Source: Azolla caroliniana
Taxonomy: Eukaryota; Plantae; Polypodiophyta
NCBI GenBank assembly: GCA_043228905.1
Contig: JBHGNT010000016.1
Location: 11,780,001 to 11,844,000, forward strand
Length of the DNA stretch: 64,000 bases
Direction: 5' to 3'
The notes beneath the pieces were generated by a model that saw only the letters and a program-made list of their open reading frames with translations, made no database searches and was not told the DNA's origin. Each line of letters begins with the position of its first letter. Position 1 is the stretch's first letter. The position numbers were made by a program, and so were the translations under genes. Below are positions 52,568 through 64,000 of the stretch, piece after piece.

Positions 52568-53401
52568 ATTTGGAGGTTCTTTACCATCATAGTCAGCTCC
52601 TCTAGAGCTGCTCCTCCGCTCAAGCCTCTGACCATGCCGGTCGAAGTCGATCCGGTCTCGAGCCAGTCTCGGGTCTCTTCCCTTCGCGCTGGCGGGGTTG
52701 GCTCAAGACTCCTTGCTGCTATAGAGCCCTCCCCTGTTGATCCTTTATCGACCCACTCTCGCCGTTTGTCAAAACGGCCACAAACTCTCTTCACCACGGC
52801 CTAGTCGGCCGTCAGCCCGTCATCAGTCTCAGCAGGAGACCCACCTGCTCCCGGTCCCTCGCATCCATCAACTTAATGAACAGCAAGACACGACTTGTGT
52901 CTAGAACGGTCCGGTCGAGTGCCGAAAGACGCGCGAAGCGTTCTTCAAACTCCCGGTGGAGCACTGACGCGTTTCTCCCCTTTTCGGGGGTCTCTACCCA
53001 TTCCATGAAATCCCATTTCGAGAGCTGACGCGCGTCATCAAGCGCTTATTTTTCGAGGAGCCAACCTTCAAACTCTTCCCAGGTCCGGCTCTCAGCCCGT
53101 ACCTCGAGCACCTCCGCATGGATGCCCGACATTGCCACTCGAGGGAAACCGGTCAGTCGCCTCTCTTCCGAAATGTCTCTCATTACCATCACGGCCCGGT
53201 AGGCCTCCAAATAGCTCGTGGCGTCCTTCCCACCGAACCGGCCTATCATGCCGATGACCGCTTTAATGGCCCTATCGAGGGCGCTTGTTCCTTCGCGCGC
53301 ACTCACTATCCGATCCACAACCGAAGCCATGGCTTCGGCGAGATCCGACCCCTTCATCGTTCTATTCCTCTGCCGCCTGTTCACGCTGGGTTCACCAAAT
53401 A
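52568..53401 (-). mobile_element. Truncated Trp-primed gypsy copy A2 (PBS and gag 5' part)
   Basis: PBS 53380-53397; gag closely matches 61068-61899; ends at a fusion with copia gag. Confidence 0.92.
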
Positions 53402-54097
53402 TGTCCGGTTGTCACGCGCGTGCGTGTGGAACGAGGCGGGACAACCGGGGTCTTGGACTGAGAAATAGCTTAGAAGGAGGGGAACCCGGAAGGCAACAGA
53501 CGCACTTGCACGCACACGGACGCGGGGCACACAAGAATCACAGTGCATCAACACAGCAAAACGAGACGACTAGAAGTCTGAGTATATGAACACGTATGTA
53601 TATTAATTTGTATGTGTATATCAAGACGATTACAACTAATAGGCCGGCAAGGCGAACACCGACGCTTATTCACTCACACTTAGAAGAGCGAGATGGAGAC
53701 TCTACCGGAAGCAAACGGGCGTTCCATGAAGCAAAGTCAGCCTCCCGAAAACCTGCACCCAACGAATACAGAGAAAGAAGGAGGAGAAGAGCTCGGTCCC
53801 TGTCCGACAACACTTCCCCCTTTACAAAAAAAAAAACCCCATCTTTTTATTCCTCTCCCTCTCTTTTATAGCCCAAGGAGGGAGGCCGTTATCATTCGTT
53901 ACATCATATTAATTCTCTGTCCTTTCGGACAGAGATACACCTCGATTCTCTCCCTATTGAATGCGTGCTACCTAGGATTTCATCTCAGCCGACTTGTACC
54001 TACCTACTTACTATACAACGAAAGTGTGCTCACATGTAAGGGCCGGTTTACACACGCTAAATTCGGTTTCCGCCTAGGGACGGTTTTCTTCACGACA
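53402..54097 (-). repeat. LTR shared by copies A2 and A3
   Basis: PBS on its left, PPT (54098-54110) and integrase end on its right. Confidence 0.9.
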
Positions 54098-57000
54098 TCC
54101 GCCCCCACCTAACCGCAGATCCACCGGTATGCGCCAAAATTGGGCTCTTGCCGGAGAAAACTGGTCCATGCTTTACTCCTCGCCTTTCGGGTCGTCATTC
54201 GCCTCGAACTGTCTGTCGTCGCCATCCATGCTTCCCGGATCTGGCTCACACTCGTGTTGTTTCGTAAATGCTTTGACCCTCTTCCCCGCTACCGGTACTG
54301 CCATCCTCGTACCGTCGAGCTCCGCAAGATGGTAGGTCTCGTTGTCGTTGGCGCCTGTCATCGCGTAAGGCCCGAACCACCTCCTTGCAAACTTTCGCGT
54401 CGCCCTGTGCTGGTTGTCGAGGCTGCTGTCATACACTAGGACCCAGTCGCCTTCCTCGATTTTCTTCGGTCGCAGTCGGTGAGTTCGGTCAAATCGCCCT
54501 TTGTTCTTCAACCTTGCCAACCAAAGCTTCTCCGTGGCTCTTTCCATGTCCTCCGGCCTCCGCTCGAGCTGTCGAATCCGTGCCGCCAGCAGCTCCTCTC
54601 GGCTCATCTCATCTCTCCAGTCCACCATGGCCCATGAGGAGATCGTCCGTTCCGTCGGCATGATCGGCTTCGGTCCGTACATAAGCTCTGCCGGCATGAA
54701 CCCGGTTAACGAACTGTGCGTAGTTCGGTCCGCCCATAAGGCATAAGGTAGCAGTCGTGGCCAGTTCCCGAGTTGGCCCCCGCACGCCCGTACTAGCACT
54801 TTGACTACCGGCCCGTGTCCGCGCTCCACCCTCCCGTTAGCCTCCGGATTGTACGCTGTGGTGAGTGAGGGTTTGACCCCTAGCCGGTCAAACAACTCTT
54901 CGGCCTCTTGTGTGTCCAACTCTCCGCGGTCAGCCACGATCTTCCCTACGCTCTCGTACCGACATATCACGTCCTCGATAAGGAACCGACACACAACCGC
55001 GGTCATTTTGTTCTGCAGTGCTCGGCCTTCAACCTGGTTCGTCAGATCCTCCCGAGCCAGCACCAGATACTGCATCTGTCCTACCCCCATCGGCATTGTC
55101 ACCAAATCCACCATCGATTTGAAGTGGACGGTCGGCGGGTAAGTTGGGTGGAGTTCGTCCCGGTGTCGGAGTATGGAGTGCATCTGACAACTTTCGCAAG
55201 TTGTCACGAACCGATGCACGTCCCGGTACAGTCCCGGCCACCAGTACTTTCCCTTTAACTTCTCAAACGTGGCCCATGTCCCGCGGTGTCCAGCCCAGGG
55301 ACTCTCGTGGTATGCCGACATCAATTCTTCCTGCTCCTCTTTCTTTGCCACCACTCAAAGTGGGATGCCGTCCCTTTTCTTCGGGTGCTCCCATATGTAC
55401 CCGTCTCGTAGGAAGAATCGGTACACTTTCTTCCGGATCTTGTTGGTCTCTTCCTTCGTCCACATCACGTTCGATGTCATTGTTCTTAGGAACTCGCTGA
55501 TCTGGAGCCACTCCCCATCATACTTGCTCTCTTCGAAGTCGTTAAGTGCCGGAGTGCTTCCCTTTCTGGTTGTTACGTAAGCCGCCTCGAAGAAGTCTAC
55601 ACCGACTTCCTCATCCTCCGAAACCATGCTGTCCTCGTTTTCGAACCTTGCTCTTGAGAGCATGTCGGCCATGGCGTTGTCTTTTCCAGAAATGTGTCGT
55701 ATCTCCGGATTTAGGGACTTTGATGTACGCTATCCACCTGAGCATCGCCAGGTCCGGCGTCGCGCATCCGGAAACCATGCCGAGAATCGGCAGGCAGTCC
55801 GTCTCGATTATTACTCTATCTTGATCAGGTAGTCTTTATCGGCCTTCACCGCCGAAACGATACCCCAGAGTTCGCGTTTAACCTGGGCGTATCCTCGCTG
55901 TTGCTCACTGAGGACCTTCACACCGAACCGGATGGGAAACCTTGTGCCAACGTCATCCTCTTGGTTGATCACCCATCCGATCCCGGTTAGGCTCGTGTCT
56001 ACGGTTACGTAAATCGGAGTGTCTCTGCCATAGACAGCCTTTCGGAGCGCCGGTGCCGTGGCAAGTGCTTCCTTCCTCTTTCGGACTGACTCCGTATGCT
56101 CGTCTCCCCATTCGAATTTACACCCTTTCTTCAGCAACCCATACAGCGGCTCCGCGACGTGGGCGTAATGCGGGATCCAGATATGGTAGAACGCGCATGC
56201 TCCCAAGAATCTCTGAACCTCCGTAAATGAATTGCAGTCATGCTTCATCGCGGAGATGGCTTCCACCTTGGCCGGAGACGGTTTCCTACCGTATGGCCCG
56301 CATAGGTGTCCGACGACCATGATCTCTGATTGCCCGAAGGCCGATTTTTCCTCGGAGAAGGTGAGCCTCGCGCCTTCTAGTCTCTGTAGCACCTTCTCGC
56401 AGCCATCAATGTGAGTCGCCACGAAATTCTGGCATCCGTCCGGTCCGATTGTCTCGTTCCTTTCCTCCACCGGGCATCCCCTGATTGGGATGTCGTCTAA
56501 GAATGGCATGGTGATGTCCGGGATACAATCCCTAAGCACTTTGTTCATCGCGTTCACCATGTGAGCCACCGAGTTCGTCCCTCCTTGCGGTAGGGTACAC
56601 ATCCGCACTAGGCCGAGAGGAGTCCGCATTGTCGTAATGTCCCTGGTCTCCATAGCTAGTTGAAACTGATCGTATCCCGAGTACAGATCACCGACAGGGT
56701 AAATCGACCTTGTCTATGGTCGGTCCGATTCCTGCATTCCAAATGGTCACCTTGTTGACCGGCTGCAGGTCTTGAATAAAGCGCAGCGTGCCGTTCTTCT
56801 TTGGCACCGTAAACCACCGATTCGAATACGGGGCATTCGACGGTTCGAGGATGCCCATCTCCACCTTTTGCTTTAGGAGCTTCATCAACTTCGGGATGTG
56901 AGCTCTCGGCACCGGAATCGGCTTGAGATTCCACGGTACATGCGGTACCGTGAAGATCACCATCGGTTCGACAACTGTCGGGTCTACGCACCCGATCTCC

Positions 57001-57559
57001 TCCGGTGATAATGCGAAAGCCTTCCCATGCCTCCGGAGCATTCTCCGAAACCAGTCCTCCTCCACCGGCAATAGAAAGCCGCCCCCACCGACCTTGAGCT
57101 CCCGTAGCATTATGTCGGTGAACCGGTGCCCTATGCCAGCCGGGTTCCGTAAACATAGGTCCGCTCCTCGCTGCCCTCCGGCAAGGGTGCCGCGACTGGC
57201 CTCACCTTCCGGTCCACAGTCTTGTACTTTGTATCCATGCGGGCCGTCCGACCCGACCCGATCCTCTCCCCGAAGTCCGTGATGACTTCGTATATTCCCA
57301 TCGAACTAATCGGAACGGTCCGGTCTTCTCTAAGGTCTTCACCGATCACCTTTTGTAACTCACCCAAGGTGTCGTTGAAAGAGACCGCGTTCACGGTGCC
57401 GTTGATTTCTTCGTCGGGGGAGAGGACTCCGCATCCCCTGAGCCGCTCCTCCGCCCTCTTCCTTTCTCGGCCGCTGACGCCAGTTATAGTGTAACCCCCA
57501 CTGTCGGAGAACCAAAATTTCCTACCTATGGTACAGGTCTTCTTCCCTACTGTACACTT

Positions 57560-57625
57560 GTGGGGTTTTTCCGGGGTGTCCGAACTATCGCGGCCCCACG
57601 CCTTGATAGCCCTCTCTAAAAATCC
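57560..57625 (-). promoter_or_regulatory. Putative -1 frameshift signal, copy A3
   Basis: G GAT TTT TAG; -1 frame open (GFLERAIKAWGRDSS..AVSFNDTLG); stems GGGCTATC/GATAGTTC and GTGGGG/CCCCAC. Confidence 0.83.
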
Positions 57626-58502
57626 CCTCGGGTTTCGCCATCGAGGGTCTCGCGGTTACGCTCATGGTTAGGTCGCACCGTCAGGAACTGGACCGAGTGA
57701 CGCCCGTCTTGGCTCTTGACTCTTGAATAGGCCGAACCATTGTCCAGCACCTTGGTCTCCATCCGTGCCGCCGTGATGTATGGTTCTCCTAGTATAATCG
57801 GATGTGAGGACGTCTCTTGCACGAAGAAGTGGTGGTCGATCTCGACATCGCCAATTTTCACCCGTACGTTCAGGCAGGCTCCATGTAGTTCTTCCGTGGC
57901 GCGCGTTGCTGCCCGTATTTTCCAGCCGTGTTTGGTGTTGATCGGCCATTTTCCCCTTTTGTAGAAGTCCATGGACATCAAGTTGATTTCTGAACCGTGG
58001 TCCACCAACGCCACCAACGCCACCACCGGCTCCCAGACATCCCCGATCTTAATAGGGGTCTCCGTGGTCGCTCTGGCCTAGTGCGGCCTCGAATAGTGGC
58101 TCTCCGCCAACTCTTCTTCTAGCGCCATGTCCTCTATGTGCGTCGTTTGCACTTCCACCGGCTTCTCTAGCTCTGGCTCTGTCGACAGCCTCTTTCTCTT
58201 CACCAAGTCTACGATGGAGTCGTGGAACTCCTTCTTGGCGATCCCTAGCACCTCCCTCCGCGACAACTCCACTTTGTTGTCGAGGATACGTTCCTCCAAG
58301 ACCTTTCTCAGGTCCGTGGTCCTTTCGATTTCTGTGCTCAACCGGTACCCGGACTTCTTGGCTTTATCCGGTGCGCCGGTCGCGCCGGCCTCATTCTGCC
58401 GTTGATCGAATCAGGTTTCATACCGTTGCGAGGGCCCGGTCCCTCCAGTTTTACCTGCTCGCTTGTCTTCCACTAGAGCCTCGTAGTTTTGGCATGCGGC
58501 TT

Positions 58503-60605
58503 TGTTGAGAGACAAGCTCAACATCGGCCGGTTCGGCTAAAGAAGCCGAGGACCGGATCGGTTGGGACCGATCGGTTAGGCCAAGTGCGTAAACCGGGAG
58601 GTCGTTAGGAAAGATATTCCATGAGGAATATATTTGGGAGTTAGTGTAGGAGCTCTTGTTGAGCATTGAAGTACTGTCAGTACTCGGTTAGTCCTTCTAG
58701 GACTTGTATAAAAGTGTTCACTGAGCACGTCTTATGTACAGACTGAGTATTATTGTTGAATATATTTTTTGTGTCTTCTCTCACTCTCTCTGTCTCTCCT
58801 GCGTATACCGTTTAAGCTCAAGCTCTCCATTGAACCTGAGTTTCCTTCCTTCTGTTCGGTCTTCATACTTGCTTCTGCACGTTACTTTTTACATGGTATC
58901 AGAGCACGAGGGTTGAGAACCTCTCTGCAGCCGACACAGCTTGACGAAGAAGAACAAGAAGAACGATGGATAGAGGCATGGCGAGCTCGCTTCCAACAGA
59001 GAAGCTCGACAGAACCAACTACGCGTCTTGGTCCTACAAGATGCACCAGTACCTGCTCAGGCACGGCTACTGGAGTTATGTCGAAGGAGCTAATGACGCG
59101 GCACCCGAATCGACACACAAAGACTTCCCGTCGTGGGAGCAATCGGCGAGCAGGGTATTGTATTGCTTCGCGTCGTGTGTGGGCGAACAACTATTGAGCT
59201 ATGTTCAGGATGCAAAGACGCCGAAGGGTGCGTGGGAAAATCTGAAGAAGATCTTCGCCGCGAGCACCACAGCCAGGAAGCTCCAGCTCCGACAGGAGTT
59301 GAGCAACCTACGACAATGCGACTTGTCGGTGGCGGACTATACCTCGAAGATCAAGGATATCTGCGACTCCCTCGCCTCCATAGAGGTGAACATCGAGGAG
59401 AGCGAGATGGTCCAGATCAGTTTCAGAGGTTTGGCATCGAAGTTCGGAGCGTTCCGAACGGCTGTGTGTACCCGGGAGAATACGTCGTCCTTTTTCGACT
59501 TACAGTCGATGCTCCTGGTAGAGGAGAACCACGCGGGTGCGTCGACGAGTACGCACACCGACAACAAGATGTTGTACACGGAGGGAGAAAGGCCCCGTGA
59601 TCGTGGCGGACGAGGCGAGTCGGAACGCAATGGAGGCGGCCGACGAGATCAAGGAAGAAGGCACCGAAGTGATGCCGACAGCAACTCCGGACCCTCCGGA
59701 AACAGGGGGAATCGAAGCGATGAGAACCGGCAAGGGAAGGCCATTGCGGAGTGCTGGTAGTGTGGCAAGAAAGGCCACAGGGAAAGTGAGTGCTGGAAGA
59801 AGCGCGCCGATTCGGAGAGAACTGGTTCCGGAAACGGCTCCGGACATACCGACAAGGGAAATCGGCAGCGATCACACTACGCCGAAGACTCCGGGAGAGC
59901 CGGAGAAGGGTTTGTCTTCGTGACGAGACACGAAGCAAACTCAATGAAACAGAACACCCCGAGATCGGACGAGGTGTGGTACGTAGACTCCGGCGTGTCA
60001 ACCGAGGCCCAAGCAGAAGAAAAGGCAACAGGAGAAGTGTCAACACCGCAACAACAGAAGAGCTAAGGGCCGCATGAGCAGACAAGCCGACCGGAAGGGT
60101 CGAAGCGCGCGTAGTCGAACAGGTCGAGGAGCGCGAATGAGGCGTGAAGCCAGGAGGAACCGGAGCTGTGTGCCCGAGGATCCCGAAGAGCCTCAAGTTG
60201 AGCTTGAGGGGGAGTGTTGAGAGACAAGAACATCGGCCGGTTCGGCTGAAGAAGCTGAGGACCGGATCGGTTGGGACCGATCGGTTAGGCTGAGTGCGTA
60301 AACTGGGAGGTCGTTAGGAAAAATATTCTGTGAGGAATATATTTGGGAGTTAGTGTAGGAGCTCTTGATGAGCATTGAAGTACTGTCAGTACTTCGGTCA
60401 GTCCTTCTAGGACTTGTATAAAAGTGTTCACTGAGCACGTCTTATGTACAGACTGAGTATTATTGTTGAATATATTTTTTGTGTCTTCTCTCTCACTCTC
60501 TCTGTCTCTCCCGTGTATACCGTTTAAGCTCAAGCTCTCCATTGAACTTGAGTTTCCTTCCTTCTGTTCGGTCTTCATACTTGCTTCCGCACATTACTTT
60601 TTAAA
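58503..60605 (+). mobile_element. 2.1-kb gag-only copia derivative
   Basis: LTRs 58503-58893 and 60215-60605, TSD GGCTT, Met PBS 58894-58905, PPT 60200-60214; gag ORF 58966-59760; sequence breaks at protease WYVDSG (~60000). Confidence 0.95.
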
Positions 60606-61881
60606 GGCTTCAACGAAGCCCGTCTTCTCTTCGACCGGGTCACTCCACCCGGTTACCTCCCGGACCCATTTTTCCGCGTAGTCCGCTTCTTCTTTCCTTA
60701 ACCGTGCATCGGCAAGGCCTTCCAGCATCAGCGGCCAGAGTCCGGCTTCGTCCGTTTTCTGGGCCTCACCACCTCCGACCCGGATCCCTGCCGACACCGA
60801 GTAGTGGACGGTCTCCGCGTGGCGAGATACCGCTTCTTCCATCAGCTGTTTCATACCCCCTCGTCCGACATTCAGGTCCAGGGCTCTTCAAGTCTTGCTA
60901 GCGTGCACCCTACCGTTCCATAGGTACACCACGTTGGCTCTCATTGCCTCGGCGAAGTCCCCGCAATCCCTCCGGATGTGGCCGACTGCGTCGCACCACA
61001 AACACCGGTTTCCAGCCAGAGGCCTTTGGTCACGGGCTTGTTCGCCGTCGTCCCTTCGTGCTTTTGCAATTTGGAGGTCCTTTACCATCCTAGTTAGCTC
61101 CTCTAGAGATGCTCCTCCGCTCGAGCCTCTGACCATGCTAGTCGAAGTCGATCCGGTCTCGAGCAAGTCTCGGGTCTCTTCCCTTCGCACTGGCGGGGTT
61201 GGCTCAAGACTCCTTGCTGCTACAAAGCCCTCCCCTGTTGATCCTTTATCGACCCACTCTCGCTGTTTGTCAAAACGGCCACAAACTCTCTTCACCACTG
61301 CCCAGTCGGCCGTCAGCCCGTCATCAGTCTCCAGCAGGAGAAGCACCTGCTCCCGGTCCCTCGCATCCACTAACTTAATGAACAGCAGGACACGGCTAGT
61401 GTCTAGTACGGTCCGGTCGAGCGCCAAAAGACACGCAAAGCGTTCTTCAAACTCCCGGAGGAGCACTGACACGTTTCTCCCCTTTTGGGGGGTCTCTACC
61501 CATTCCATGAAATCCCGTTTCGAGAGCCGAAGCGCGTCATCAAGCCCTTATTTTTCGAGGAGCCAACCTTCAAACTCTTCCCAGGTACGGCTCTCAGCCC
61601 GTGCCTCGAGCACCTCCGCATGGATGCCCGACATTGCCACTCGAGGGAAACCGGTCAGTCGCCTCCCTTCCGGAATGTCTCTCATTACCATCTCGGCTCA
61701 GTAGGCCTCCAAATAGCTCGTGGCGTCCTTCCCACCGAACTGGCCTATCGTGCCGACGACGAATTCAATGGCCCTATCGAGGGCGCTTGCGCCTTTGCGT
61801 GCACTCACTATCCGATCCACAACCGATGCCATGGCTTCCGCGAGATCCGACCCCTTCATCGTTCTATTCCTTTGCCGCCTG

Positions 61882-61899
61882 TTCACGTCGGGTTCACCA
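61882..61899 (-). promoter_or_regulatory. PBS complementary to tRNA-Trp
   Basis: TGGTGAACCCGACGTGAA matches the 3' end of plant cytosolic tRNA-Trp as recalled (..TTCACGTCGGGTTCACCA); near-identical at 28853, 45020 and 53380. Confidence 0.85.
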
Positions 61900-62104
61900 A
61901 ATATGTCCGGTTGTCACGCGCATGCGTGTAGAACGAGGCGGGACCACCGGGGTCTTGGACCGAGAATTAGTTGAGAAGGAGGGGAACGGGAAGGCAATAG
62001 ATGCAGTTGCACGCACACGGACGCGGGGCACATAGGATTCACAATGCATGAACACAACAAAACGAGACGACTAGAAGTCTGAGTATATGAACACGTATGT
62101 ATAT

Positions 62105-63325
62105 TGTAAAAAGTAGCGTGCGGAAGCAAGTATGAAGACCGAACAGAAGGCAGAAAACTCAGGTTGAATGGAGAGCTTGAGCTTATGCAGTATACGTGGA
62201 AGAGACAGAGAGAGTGAGAGAGAGAGAACACAAGAACTATATTCAACAAAAGTACTCAATATCTATTCACCACACTCTATACATATGTGTGTTCAACGAA
62301 CACTTTTATACAAGTCCTAGAAGGACTGACCGAAGTACTGACAGTACTTCAATGCTCATTAAGAGCTCCTACACTAACTCCCAAATATATTCCTCACGGA
62401 ATATCTTTCCTAATGGCCTCCCGGTTTACGCACCGACCCAACCCTACCTACACACCGGTCTGCGTACCGGTTTACGTATTCGGCCTAACCGATCGGTCCC
62501 AACCGATCCGGTCCTCGGCTTCTTCAGTCGATCCGGCCGATGTTGAGCTTTTCTCTCAACACTCCCCCTCAACTCAACTTTAGGCTCTTCAGGATCTTCG
62601 GGCTCACAACTCCGGTTCCTTCTGGCTTCACGCCTCGCTCGCGCTCCACGACCTGTTCGACTCCGTGCGCTTCAACCCTTCCGGTCGGCTTGTCTGCTCA
62701 TGTGGCCCTTATCAACTCTTCTGTTGTTGTGGTGTTGACACTTCTCCTGCTGCCTTTTCTTCCGCTTGGGCCTCGGTTGATTCAGCATATCTAAATCAAA
62801 CATCCGAACCGACTCGGCTACCACCGATCGGTTTTCGCTCTCGTCCGAGTTGGCTGTTTCCAACTTGTCTTCGGTCTTCTCGCCCTCGATGGCGTCATCT
62901 CCCCCATGCATGGTTGGCTTCGGCTCTCTCCTTCGACTGCTCCCCTTCTGTCCGCTTCCGGACTTTTCCGCGGGTCCGCCCTCAGCTTCTTCAGCCGATC
63001 CGAAGTCGAGCTCGACAACTGAGTCAACCGACTCGGTGTCGCAGTCTTCGCTCCTTTCCTGCTGCCTTGCTTGGTCGTTCGGGACTGTTCTCCCCCTTAA
63101 CTTTGGCACGTCGAGGTGACGCAATCCGAGCGCACCCGAGAATTGCCGCAACTTGTCCAGACCAAGAGGCTTGGTGAAGATGTTGGCAGTCTGCCGATCC
63201 GTCGGAACGTATTGAAGTTCGACTTCACCGGAAAGGACACACTCATGGACGAAATGGTAGTGCACCTCAATGTGCTTAGTCCGTGCGTGGAAAACGGGGT
63301 TTTTCGCGAGCTGGATGCTGCTGAG
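62105..63325 (-). mobile_element. 3' end of a copia element (same family as 58503-60605)
   Basis: 3' LTR 62105-62561, PPT 62562-62572, RNase H C-terminus (KNPVFHARTKHIEVHYHF) cut at 63325. Confidence 0.92.
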
Positions 63326-64000
63326 TGATAGGGTGTATAAGATAATAGATAGTTATACACTATATGAGGGCTTGACCAAACCGATTAGATGGAGTTGAAA
63401 ATCATAATATATTATATAGCTCTAGGTAATTATGATTAGAGAGTATAACTCAAGAAACTAAGAAAAAAGATAGAGAAAGCGAGCAAGAAATAAGAATGTT
63501 CTGATATTCCAACATCAAGAGAATACAAAGGAGACAAACTCCACATTGAACTAAAACTAAAGACCTTCCTCTTCTAAGACACTTCCTCTTCCACAAAGAC
63601 ACTTCTTCCTAACACTCCTCATCCACTCTTTGGCCTTCACTCTTCCCCCCTCCTCACTAATATCACTTCTTCTTTTATAACCTTCCTCTTCTTATCCACG
63701 TTCATGCTATTTTTAGAAGCTTTTTATCTTCCTATTTTTAGCTATGACACATCGACCTTCTAATCGTCATATCTCCCTCATCCGATATCCAAATTAAGCG
63801 ATTTAAAAAGCTATAGAAAGCTCTTTTTACAAGCTTTCTAATCCATATTTAAACGTGATATTTGGATAAACAACGAGGGAGTTATGACCATTCTATTTTT
63901 ACTGTTTTTTATAGTCTGCGTTTTTTCTTTTTACTTTTCTCTTGGTCTCGTACTTTTACTTTTGACTTCTTCCCTAGGGTCTTAGTTCGTGTTCTTATCC
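63326..64000 (-). repeat. Tat-family LTR, third copy, inverted, runs off the window
   Basis: Reverse complement of 23222-23968 with very few differences. Confidence 0.95.

Larger units (their letters stand above)
53402..62104 (-). mobile_element. Trp-primed gypsy element, copy A3
   Basis: INT 54173-55354, RT/RH 55355-57110, PR (LVDHGSEIN) 57616-58026, gag to ~61860, PBS 61882-61899, 5' LTR from 61904 interrupted at 62104. Confidence 0.95.

Noticed and set aside
61882-61899. tRNA-like sequence
   Set aside because: Only the 18-nt primer-binding complement, not a tRNA gene.

Overview
Eukaryotic, most likely non-seed land plant (fern-like; inference from intron style and retroelement lineages) genomic DNA. 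One host gene is present: three minus-strand exons of the mitochondrial F1-ATPase assembly factor ATP12/ATPAF2 (4661-6051), whose expected last exon is not in the window. The rest (~57 kb) is a pile of nested, decayed LTR retrotransposons, most resolvable to the base by LTR ends and target-site duplications (TSDs): several Ty1/copia elements, an Athila-like gypsy, a Tat element with archaeal-type RNase H, a chromovirus, and four copies plus a remnant of a tRNA-Trp-primed gypsy lineage with 4-bp TSDs. Best finding: three diverged copies of the Trp-primed lineage all end gag-protease with G GAT TTT TAG followed by a conserved, covarying H-type pseudoknot, and pol continues in the -1 frame. This points to a programmed -1 ribosomal frameshift placed after the protease. 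Other notable items: a 147-bp TG..CA hairpin insertion with a 5-bp TSD, two elements sharing one LTR, a PBS-less Tat element whose 5' LTR abuts RNase H, and a gag-only copia derivative. All calls were made by eye; no database search or RNA folding was run.
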